DNA from: Gammaproteobacteria bacterium
GTDB lineage: Bacteria; Pseudomonadota; Gammaproteobacteria; UBA4575
Direction: 5' to 3'
Assembly (NCBI GenBank): GCA_965243395.1
Contig: CBDEUS010000001.1
Span: forward strand, 352,001-416,000
DNA length: 64,000 nt
In this document: positions 56,072-64,000 of the stretch, piece by piece
Layout of the letters: each line of letters opens with the position of its first letter
How positions within the stretch are numbered: the first letter of the stretch is position 1
Translations under genes and position numbers: made by a program
The notes under the pieces: model-generated
What the model was told of the DNA's origin: nothing
What the model saw: the letters and a program-made list of their open reading frames with translations, nothing else
The model's database searches: none

Positions 56072-58050
56072 TGCTAGTGGATGACGATTTAAGTACAGTT
56101 AAAAAAGACTCCTCAAGAGTGGTTGGCGAAAGTGTCTTTAGCGAGTCTGGCTTGCTCTCTGAATATCTTGAAAATTTTCGATATCGCCCTCAGCAACAAG
56201 CGATGAGCGAAGCAATCGAAAATACTTTGCTCAATTATGGTCAATTGATTGTTGAGGCAGGTACTGGAGTCGGGAAAACATTTGCTTATCTCATTCCTGC
56301 ATTGCTTTCCAAACAAAAAGTTGTTATTTCAACAGGTACGAAGCACTTACAAGATCAACTCTATTTTAAAGATCTGCCAACAATACTCGAGTTTCTAAAA
56401 TTACCCGTCAAAACGGCATTGCTAAAAGGGCGATCAAATTATCTTTGCTTACATCGCTTAGAACATTATGCACCCAGTGTGCAAATTCATAACCGGCATC
56501 TTGGTAATAAAATTAACATTATTAAAGAATGGTCACAGTTTACGAAAACAGGAGAGATTGCTGAAGTAACTGCAATTAATGAAAACGATTCAGTCTGGCC
56601 GAATGTAACCTCAACCATAGATAATTGTTTGGGATCTGAATGTCCGAGCTATGAAAAATGCTATGTCATCAAAGCAAGACAAAAGGCTCAACAAGCCGAT
56701 ATGGTGATTATTAATCACCATTTATTTTTTGCAGACCTCGCTTTGAAAATGGAGGGTTTTGGGGAATTGTTACCCAGTGCAAATACAATAATTTTTGATG
56801 AGGCTCATCAACTACCTGAGCTTGCGAGTACTTTTCTTGCAACTTCCGTGAGTAGTCGTCAGTTAAATGAATTGGCAGAAGATGTCATCGCAGCAATGCT
56901 AGAAGAAGCGTCTGATGTTAAAGAAATACAGCTAGCTGTGGATGTTTTGAAAAAAGCAGTAGCAGACTTTCGAATTATTTTGGCGAGTAAAAATGGGCGA
57001 TTCCCGTGGTTTGAAGTGATCTCTGAATCAAAAGTTGAAGATCAATTTGAAGAGTTATGTAAAGCTATTCATACACTATATGAAATCATTGCTCCACAAA
57101 GTGATCGTGGCAAAGTATTGGAGAAATGTGTCGAGCGGTGTGAGCGTATTGAGCAAAGTCTATATTTGATTTCTGAAGGGCAAGATGAGCGAATAAACTG
57201 GTTGGAGTGTTTTGAAAAAGGCTTTAAATTGCATAGTACTCCTTTAGTCGTTGCAGATTCTTTTCAGGAGTTTATGTTGCAATATAAATGTAGTTGGGTA
57301 TTCACATCGGCAACATTAACGGTGAATGCCAAATTTAAACATTTCCAACAGCAACTGGGATTAGTGGATGCTGAAACATTAATGTTAGACAGTCCCTATG
57401 ATTACCAAAATAATACTCGGTTGTATTTACCAGCATTGGGTGTGGAGCCCAATGACCGTAGTTATACCAATAAAGTAATCGATGCAGTTTTGCCGATTTT
57501 AGAGATCAATCAAGGACGTACATTTATCTTATTTACCAGTCATCGTGCTTTGCGTATTGCTGCAAATTATCTTGCTAATCACGATGAATTTACCCTGCTT
57601 GTGCAGGGAGATGCTCCGCGAAGAGAACTAATATCGGCATTTTCTAAAACAGACCATGCCGTGTTGCTTGGAACCAGTAGCTTTTGGGAAGGAGTGGATA
57701 TTCGCGGTGATGCACTAAGCTGTGTAGTGATCGATAAACTACCATTTGCCACACCTGATGACCCGGTTTTAAATGGACGTCTTCAAGCTTTAAGGCGGGC
57801 AGGTGAAAATCCATTTATGTCATACCAATTACCTCAAGCAGTAATCTCACTTAAGCAAGGAGTAGGACGTTTAATACGAGATGAAGAAGATTATGGTGTA
57901 GTGGTTCTTTGCGACCCCAGAATTGTGACTAAACCGTACGGAAAAACTTTTGTAAATAGCTTGCCCGATATGTTGCAAACTTCAAGTTTAGATGACGCAG
58001 TCAATTTTCTGCAATTACGTGATCTGGAAAATGAAACTGTTAGCCATTGA
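56071..58050 (+). CDS. yoaA: ATP-dependent DinG/YoaA-family Fe-S helicase
   Basis: EAGTGVGKT, KGRSNYLC, Fe-S cysteines, DEAH, FWEGVD, QGVGRLIR; adjacent to tsaB. Confidence 0.9.
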   Translation: MLVDDDLSTVKKDSSRVVGESVFSESGLLSEYLENFRYRPQQQAMSEAIENTLLNYGQLIVEAGTGVGKTFAYLIPALLSKQKVVISTGTKHLQDQLYFKDLPTILEFLKLPVKTALLKGRSNYLCLHRLEHYAPSVQIHNRHLGNKINIIKEWSQFTKTGEIAEVTAINENDSVWPNVTSTIDNCLGSECPSYEKCYVIKARQKAQQADMVIINHHLFFADLALKMEGFGELLPSANTIIFDEAHQLPELASTFLATSVSSRQLNELAEDVIAAMLEEASDVKEIQLAVDVLKKAVADFRIILASKNGRFPWFEVISESKVEDQFEELCKAIHTLYEIIAPQSDRGKVLEKCVERCERIEQSLYLISEGQDERINWLECFEKGFKLHSTPLVVADSFQEFMLQYKCSWVFTSATLTVNAKFKHFQQQLGLVDAETLMLDSPYDYQNNTRLYLPALGVEPNDRSYTNKVIDAVLPILEINQGRTFILFTSHRALRIAANYLANHDEFTLLVQGDAPRRELISAFSKTDHAVLLGTSSFWEGVDIRGDALSCVVIDKLPFATPDDPVLNGRLQALRRAGENPFMSYQLPQAVISLKQGVGRLIRDEEDYGVVVLCDPRIVTKPYGKTFVNSLPDMLQTSSLDDAVNFLQLRDLENETVSH

Positions 58051-58723
58051 AACTGCTACCGAGTCTTGTTCGGCAGCTTTAATGTTGAATGAGGAAATTG
58101 TTGACCTAAGTGAAATTGCACCACGACGACACAATGAAATTATTCTTTCAATGTGCGAACAAGTATTAGCACAAGCTCAAACAAGTCTCACTGAACTTGA
58201 TGCAATTGCATTCGGTAGAGGTCCGGGTGCATTCACGGGTGTGCGTTTAGCTGCGAGTGTGGCTCAAGGAATTGCGATGGGCCAGGATTTGCCAGTAGTG
58301 CCTGTATCCTCACTGGCTACACTTGCTCAGGCAGTATATGAAGAGAAGCAAGTTCAAGAAGTATTTGCCTGTATCGATGCCCGTATGCAAGAAGTTTACT
58401 ATGGTGTATATAAACTGTCTTCAGAACATATGATGGAACTTGAAGGTAAAGAAAGAGTAATTACACCTCAGCATATCAATCAAAAAGTAAGTAGCAATTG
58501 TTATGGAACCGGTTCAGGCTGGAATGTTTATGCAGAAAGTCTGCTTCAAGCTGTGGGTAACGATATTTCCTTTGATACGGATAAGTTTCCACAAGCTAAA
58601 TATGTAGCGAAATTAGCAAAAACTTATTTTCAACAAGGTCAAAAACTTTCGGCAGAGGAAGCGTTACCTGTTTATATACGTGACGATGTCGCTGAGAAAC
58701 CAAAAAACAAAGTGGTATTTTAA
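58031..58723 (+). CDS. tsaB: tRNA threonylcarbamoyladenosine biosynthesis protein TsaB
   Basis: MKLLAIETATESCS (true start 58031), GRGPGAFTGVR, DARMQEVY, PVYIRD. Confidence 0.95.
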   Translation: MKLLAIETATESCSAALMLNEEIVDLSEIAPRRHNEIILSMCEQVLAQAQTSLTELDAIAFGRGPGAFTGVRLAASVAQGIAMGQDLPVVPVSSLATLAQAVYEEKQVQEVFACIDARMQEVYYGVYKLSSEHMMELEGKERVITPQHINQKVSSNCYGTGSGWNVYAESLLQAVGNDISFDTDKFPQAKYVAKLAKTYFQQGQKLSAEEALPVYIRDDVAEKPKNKVVF

Positions 58724-58725
58724 TT

Positions 58726-59148
58726 ATGGCTACAGCAATTTTTCACTTAGCATTTCCTGTTTACGATATAGAGGAAACGCGAGCTTTTTATGTTGATTTA
58801 CTAGGTTGTACGGTAGGGCGCGAAGATAAGCGTTGGATTGATTTTAACTTTCATGGTCATCAGATTAGTGCACACTTATACGATCACGACGATATGTTTA
58901 CTCCTTCAAATCCCGTTGATGAACATGATATACCTGTAAGGCACTTTGGAATTGTATTGAACTGGGGTGAATGGGAGCACTTGGCGGAACGCTTTAAACG
59001 TGAGAACGTAAAGTTTCATATCGAGCCATGCATCCGCTTTAAAGGACAGCTCGGAGAGCAAGCAACGATGTTTATACAAGATCCAAGTAATAATTATCTT
59101 GAGTTCAAGGCTTTTAAAGACATGAACCAGGTTTTTGCTAGAGAATAA
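58726..59148 (+). CDS. VOC/glyoxalase-family protein
   Basis: FHLAFPV, FY..LLGC..GR, WIDFNFHGHQ, HFG, DPSNN.LEFKAF. Confidence 0.88.
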   Translation: MATAIFHLAFPVYDIEETRAFYVDLLGCTVGREDKRWIDFNFHGHQISAHLYDHDDMFTPSNPVDEHDIPVRHFGIVLNWGEWEHLAERFKRENVKFHIEPCIRFKGQLGEQATMFIQDPSNNYLEFKAFKDMNQVFARE

Positions 59149-59173
59149 TCAGCTACAGGATCGAGAAATATCT

Positions 59174-59530
59174 ATGCGACTTATTTTATTATTAATATTA
59201 GTTTTCTCTTCAGGGATCAGCATCGCAAGTGATGCAAAAATTCTTAAAGCATCAGCTGAGCTGACTTCTGCACAAAAATTTAATATATCTGTCACGGTGG
59301 AGCATGCTGATGAAGGCTGGGATCACTATGCCAATACATGGCGCGTATACTCAATGGATGGCAAGCTAATTGGAGAACGTATTCTTTATCACCCGCATGT
59401 GAATGAGCAGCCTTTTACACGTAGTTTGTTAGGTTTAAGTGTCCCGTCTGAGGTAAAAGAGGTTATGATCGTTGCGGTTTGTTCTAAAACGGGCGAAAGT
59501 AAAGCGAGTTATAACTTAAAACTTCGCTAA
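59174..59530 (+). CDS. Exported His-rich hypothetical protein (HADEGWDHYA / HPHVNEQPFTRS)
   Basis: Signal peptide from ATG 59174; motif-rich sequence, function unknown. Confidence 0.75.
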   Translation: MRLILLLILVFSSGISIASDAKILKASAELTSAQKFNISVTVEHADEGWDHYANTWRVYSMDGKLIGERILYHPHVNEQPFTRSLLGLSVPSEVKEVMIVAVCSKTGESKASYNLKLR

Positions 59531-59550
59531 ACAATTCTGATATTTCGCTT

Positions 59551-59559
59551 TGCTATAAT
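59551..59559 (+). promoter_or_regulatory. Consensus extended -10 (TGcTATAAT) positioned for leaderless transcription of the DUF2007 gene
   Basis: TATAAT at 59554-59559, ATG 7 nt downstream at 59566, no SD. Confidence 0.65.
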
Positions 59560-59565
59560 GCGTAT

Positions 59566-59874
59566 ATGAAGCGTATTTATAGTGAACCCAATCCAATTTT
59601 TATTCACCAAATCAAAGATCTTCTTGAAAAGAAGGGCATTCAAGCGATCGTAAAAAATGAAATGCTTTCTGGTGGTATTGGTGAACTTCCACCTACTGAA
59701 ATTTGGCCAGAGCTTTGGGTAGTGAATAACGAAGATAAATCTCCAGCTAAAAGAATTGTCGAAAATTTTTTAAATTCTATAAAATCTGAACCTGAAGATT
59801 GGGTTTGTAGTCATTGCGGAGAAAAAATTGAAGGCCAATTCAATATTTGTTGGAATTGTGGGAAGGAGCGTTAA
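59566..59874 (+). CDS. DUF2007-family protein with a C-terminal Cys4 zinc ribbon
   Basis: LLE..GI...KNE.L.G..GELP...WPELWV; WVCSHCGE..QFNICWNCG. Confidence 0.85.
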   Translation: MKRIYSEPNPIFIHQIKDLLEKKGIQAIVKNEMLSGGIGELPPTEIWPELWVVNNEDKSPAKRIVENFLNSIKSEPEDWVCSHCGEKIEGQFNICWNCGKER

Positions 59875-60080
59875 TGAGCGCCGGTTTTAAATCGATTGAA
59901 CTGGCGCGGAAATTATATGGTCTTACCGGAGAAGAGCAAAGAGAATTTTTGGAGACTATGGAATGGGCAAATGAAAATAATCAAGCAAAAAAATATTTAC
60001 GGTTATTTTCAAATGGTGAAATATCGCGCGAACAGTTAATGCAAGCTTGCAATGACATACGCAATACATCGAATCAGTAG
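59874..60080 (+). CDS. Hypothetical 68-aa helical protein
   Basis: TAATG overlap with the upstream stop and AAGGAG SD at 59863-59868; starts MSAGFKSIELARK. Confidence 0.65.
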   Translation: MSAGFKSIELARKLYGLTGEEQREFLETMEWANENNQAKKYLRLFSNGEISREQLMQACNDIRNTSNQ

Positions 60081-60130
60081 AGCTAAATTAATTCTTCGAT
60101 GAAACATCAGACTTTTTAGTAAAAATTCAA

Positions 60131-62911
60131 TCAGAGGGATTTAATTTTTTCTAATTGTTCTTTTAGCTGGGCTAGTTTAGTCTGGAGTTCTTCGCTCGTT
60201 TTGCGGACATTGTCTACAACATCTTTTGGGGCTTTATCTGCAAAATTAGGATTATTTAGCCTCGCAAGTGTATTTTCTAATTTTGCCTCATCTTTACTAA
60301 TGTCTTTTTCTAATCTTAAGCATTCGGCATCTTTATCAATCAGGCCCGCTAGTGGTATGAGAATTTTCATCTCGCCAATTAAAGCTGTAGCAGATTCGGG
60401 TGCATCTTCATTATTCAACCATTTAATGCTTTCAATTTTTGCCAGTGAATAAATATATTGTTCAGACTTTTTGAAATTACTTTGATCTGTCGCTGACCAG
60501 TTTTGTAATAAAATATTGAGTGGTTTGCCTGGGGCAATATCCATTTCAGCACGAATTTTGCGGACACCATTCACAAACTCTATACACCAGTCTAAGTCTT
60601 GCAAGCTCTCAATATCAACATAGTCATTCTTGCTATTTGGAAATGTTTGTGTAGATATGCTATCACCATCTAGTTTTAATTCCTTTGCAACCGGTTGCCA
60701 AATCTCTTCAGTAAGAAAAGGAATGATAGGGTGTAATAGCTTTAAAAGATTTTCCAGAACCTCTAGCAGTACACGACGCGAATTTTGCTTGATGCTTTCG
60801 TCGACATCATCATTAAAAAGTATCGGCTTACTAAGTTCCAGGTACCAATCACAAAATTCGTGCCATGAAAATTCGTAAAGTGCTTGTGCTGCTAAGTCAA
60901 AGCGATAATTTTTTAAATGTTTATGGGTTAAATCTATCACTTCTTGTTGTTTGCTGAGAATCCAACGATCTGCAAGAGTTAATTGTTGTTTTTCAATTTG
61001 GTCAGAAATTTGCTTGCCTTCCGTATTCATTAAAACAAATCTTGTGGCATTCCAAAGTTTGTTACAGAAGTTGCGATAACCTTCAATTCGACTCAGGTCA
61101 AACTTGATATCACGGCCGGTTGATGCTTGCGCTGCAAATGAAAAACGTAATGCATCTGTACCATATGCTTTAATGCCATCTGGGTACTGCTTGCGCGTGG
61201 CTTTTTCAATTTTAGTCGCCATTTCGGGTTGCATCAGTCCAGTGGTACGTTTTTTTACGAGACTTTCTAAATCAATACCGTCAATGATATCGATGGGATC
61301 TAATACATTGCCTTTAGATTTCGACATCTTTTGACCGTCAGCATCACGAACCAGGCCGTGGATATAAACTTTCTTAAAAGGCACATCATCCATGAATTTC
61401 AGCCCCATCATGATCATGCGTGCTACCCAAAAGAAAATAATGTCGAAACCGGTGATTAAAACAGAAGTTGGATAAAAAGTTTTTAGTTCGGAAGTTTCTT
61501 CGGGCCAGCCTAATGTTGAAAATGGCCAAAGTGCAGATGAAAACCAGGTATCTAAGACATCTTCATCTTGTTTCAGTGCTATTTTATTATCTAAGTTATA
61601 TTTTTTACGAGCACTTTGCTCATCTTCAGCAACATAAATGTTGCCGTTATCGTCATACCAGGCAGGGATTCGGTGCCCCCACCATAACTGACGGCTGATG
61701 CACCAGTCTTGGATGTTACGCATCCATTCAAAATACGTTTTACTCCAATTTTCAGGGACAAATTCGATATTACCGTTTTCAACCGCTTTGATGGCAGGAT
61801 CTGCTAAGGGCTGAATTTTTACATACCACTGATCCGTTAGATAAGGCTCTACGATTACACCGGAACGATCACCACGCGGCACCATTAAAGTATGATCTTT
61901 AATTTCGGCTAGCAGTTCTTGTGTTTGTAAGTCTTCTACAATTCTCTTACGTGCTTCAAAGCGGTCCAAACCCTGATATTGACTGGGGGCATTGTCATTT
62001 ATCTTGGCATCAATAGTAAAAATATTAATCTGTTCCAAGTTATGACGTTGTCCAATTTCATAATCGTTAAAATCATGTGCAGGAGTTATTTTTACACAGC
62101 CGGAACCGAATTCAGGGTCTACATAATCATCCGCAATGACAGGAATCTCTCGATCAGTTAAAGGTAACTTAACTTTTTTTCCAATAATGTTTTGGTATCG
62201 TTCATCTTCAGGGTGTACAGCAACAGCGGTATCACCAAGCATGGTTTCAGGTCGTGTTGTGGCTACGATTAAATAATCGTTTCCATCCGCCATGGTTGAA
62301 TCAACTAGAGGATACCGCATGTGCCACATGTGCCCATTTTCTTCTTCAGAAATAACTTCTAAATCAGAAACTGCAGTATGTAGTTTAGGGTCCCAGTTAA
62401 CGAGACGTTTGCCTCGATAAATCAAGCCCTCATCATATAATTGAACGAAAACTTGTTTGACTGCTTCTGATAAGCCTTCATCCATTGTGAAACGTTCACG
62501 CGACCAATCCAGCGAAGATCCTATGCGCTCCAATTGACTATAAATGGCATTGCCTGATTGTTCCTTCCATTGCCAAACTTTATCCATGAACTTTTCCCGA
62601 CCTAAATCATGGCGAGTAATATTTTCTGCATTCAGTTGTCGTTCAACTACCATTTGGGTGGCAATGCCTGCGTGATCGGTGCCAGGTTGCCATAAAGTGT
62701 TATAGCCACACATACGGTGATAACGCGTCAGGCAATCCATTAAAGTATTATTAAATGCATGACCCATATGTAACGTCCCCGTTACATTAGGGGGTGGAAT
62801 CATAATGCAATAAGAGTGAGTGCCATTTCCTGAAGGTGCGAAGTAGTTATTTTGTTTCCAAAATTTATACCACTTTTGTTCAATGTCTATTGGCTGGTAG
62901 GTCTTATCCAT
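60131..62911 (-). CDS. valS: Valyl-tRNA synthetase
   Basis: [31 protein letters not shown]-terminal coiled coil. Confidence 0.98.
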   Translation of the reverse strand: MDKTYQPIDIEQKWYKFWKQNNYFAPSGNGTHSYCIMIPPPNVTGTLHMGHAFNNTLMDCLTRYHRMCGYNTLWQPGTDHAGIATQMVVERQLNAENITRHDLGREKFMDKVWQWKEQSGNAIYSQLERIGSSLDWSRERFTMDEGLSEAVKQVFVQLYDEGLIYRGKRLVNWDPKLHTAVSDLEVISEEENGHMWHMRYPLVDSTMADGNDYLIVATTRPETMLGDTAVAVHPEDERYQNIIGKKVKLPLTDREIPVIADDYVDPEFGSGCVKITPAHDFNDYEIGQRHNLEQINIFTIDAKINDNAPSQYQGLDRFEARKRIVEDLQTQELLAEIKDHTLMVPRGDRSGVIVEPYLTDQWYVKIQPLADPAIKAVENGNIEFVPENWSKTYFEWMRNIQDWCISRQLWWGHRIPAWYDDNGNIYVAEDEQSARKKYNLDNKIALKQDEDVLDTWFSSALWPFSTLGWPEETSELKTFYPTSVLITGFDIIFFWVARMIMMGLKFMDDVPFKKVYIHGLVRDADGQKMSKSKGNVLDPIDIIDGIDLESLVKKRTTGLMQPEMATKIEKATRKQYPDGIKAYGTDALRFSFAAQASTGRDIKFDLSRIEGYRNFCNKLWNATRFVLMNTEGKQISDQIEKQQLTLADRWILSKQQEVIDLTHKHLKNYRFDLAAQALYEFSWHEFCDWYLELSKPILFNDDVDESIKQNSRRVLLEVLENLLKLLHPIIPFLTEEIWQPVAKELKLDGDSISTQTFPNSKNDYVDIESLQDLDWCIEFVNGVRKIRAEMDIAPGKPLNILLQNWSATDQSNFKKSEQYIYSLAKIESIKWLNNEDAPESATALIGEMKILIPLAGLIDKDAECLRLEKDISKDEAKLENTLARLNNPNFADKAPKDVVDNVRKTSEELQTKLAQLKEQLEKIKSL

Positions 62912-63054
62912 GACGAGACAATACTTGAATATTCAAGATCAAAAGCGGTGAGCAGAGATGAAGTTTTTCGATTTATTAATAGGATCTTAGCTAAGATTAC
63001 TCAGCTAATCATACAACATTGTCGCACCTGATGCGGTGGAAAAATAAGGGTCAA

Positions 63055-63411
63055 TTATTTTTTGCGTCCAGGTAATCTAGCGCGCACTTCACTCAGAACT
63101 TGTTGCACAATTTCTTCGCTGGCACTTTCGAAGTGTTTGAGCATGATTCTGTTGACTGTTTTGGTGAGTTCTAACTCGAATTCTGATTTATCCGTACGAC
63201 GATTTTGAGGATGAATTTCAGGCTTGGTATTGCTTATTTGTTGAGTAGCAGGTCGATTTGGTTTTGAAGATGAACTAGGCGTGTAGGCACCATTCATGGA
63301 CGCTAACACGGGTTTGTTAGAGTCTGTTCCAGAAGCGGGTTTTGGTGGCTCACTTGAAGTATCGACTAAATGATCCAATACAGGAGCTTTTTTTGCGCTG
63401 TTTCCATCCAT
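63055..63411 (-). CDS. Hypothetical protein between holC and valS
   Basis: N-terminal PVLDHLV motif, disordered Pro/Ser middle, C-terminal amphipathic helices; a similar small gene is common at this position. Confidence 0.7.
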   Translation of the reverse strand: MDGNSAKKAPVLDHLVDTSSEPPKPASGTDSNKPVLASMNGAYTPSSSSKPNRPATQQISNTKPEIHPQNRRTDKSEFELELTKTVNRIMLKHFESASEEIVQQVLSEVRARLPGRKK

Positions 63412-63437
63412 AGAAGCAAAAGGGAATATTGATAAAT

Positions 63438-63878
63438 TTAAGTAGAGGATACTTCATGGTGCTGGGGATTCAGTCCATTCTCGCGATAAAAGCGGTAGCG
63501 TTCACGACCAGCGTGAATGGATTCTTGTTGATTATCGATAATTTCTGCAATTCTCTGAAATTGCTTAAAATTTTCAGGTATTTGGTGAGATAAATTGACC
63601 AAAAAATCTGTGTGACCAGATGTCATTTCTGGGCTTTTTTCTGAACTGATAGTTACTGGGCAGTCAGTGATGGGAAGTGGAGAAACTTCGTGTGGAATAA
63701 AACTACGGTCTCTAAAAGTCCATAACAAGTTATCTAGTTTTTCACAGTCATATTCAGAGTTCATATGGATATGAACACGATGACCCGCAGAAAATGCTTT
63801 TTCCGTAATTCGGCACGCAGTACGTAATGCAAACTGAGGTTCATTATCTTTCGTTACATAGAAATCAACTCTGGTCAT
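63438..63878 (-). CDS. holC: DNA polymerase III chi subunit
   Basis: MTRVDFY, ACRITEKA, LDNLLWTF..SFIPH, GRERYRFYR. Confidence 0.96.
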   Translation of the reverse strand: MTRVDFYVTKDNEPQFALRTACRITEKAFSAGHRVHIHMNSEYDCEKLDNLLWTFRDRSFIPHEVSPLPITDCPVTISSEKSPEMTSGHTDFLVNLSHQIPENFKQFQRIAEIIDNQQESIHAGRERYRFYRENGLNPQHHEVSST

Positions 63879-63886
63879 TTTACTGT

Positions 63887-64000
<114 letters not shown>

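Overview
This is a 64 kb core-chromosome window from an AT-rich (roughly 35-40% GC by eye) gammaproteobacterium, made up almost entirely of housekeeping genes. In order: cardiolipin synthase and a patatin; tRNA-Asn; an orphan Bro-N gene; an aminotransferase divergent from uvrB; tRNA-Val-thrS-infC-rpmI-rplT-pheS-pheT-ihfA-MerR-tRNA-Pro; lepB-rnc-era-recO-pdxJ-acpS-cysM; map-glnD-dapC-dapD-yffB-dapE on the minus strand; rpsB-tsf-pyrH-frr-uppS-cdsA-dxr-rseP-bamA-skp-fabZ-lpxA; an inverted gnnA-gnnB-lpxB block; rnhB-dnaE-accA-tilS-pyrG-kdsA-eno-ftsB-ispD-ispF-yoaA-tsaB and several small genes; then pepA(partial)-holC-valS on the minus strand. I saw no transposase, integrase, CRISPR array or rRNA. 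The most notable observations are: (1) ribosomal protein S2 fused through a Lys-rich linker to a DUF4332-like helix-hairpin-helix domain; (2) a gnnA/gnnB-like pair plus lpxB flipped inside the lipid A operon, with lpxD absent and a Met at the LpxA chain-length ruler position; (3) three tandem CA(T/G)GGATG hairpins just after uvrB that match the CsrA/RsmA binding motif; (4) a tRNA-Thr anticodon-mimic hairpin before thrS; (5) a frameshifted yffB; (6) a probable leaderless DUF2007 operon; (7) a secreted His-rich protein with a superoxide-reductase-like pattern. All assignments come from motif recognition and synteny by eye; no database searches were run.
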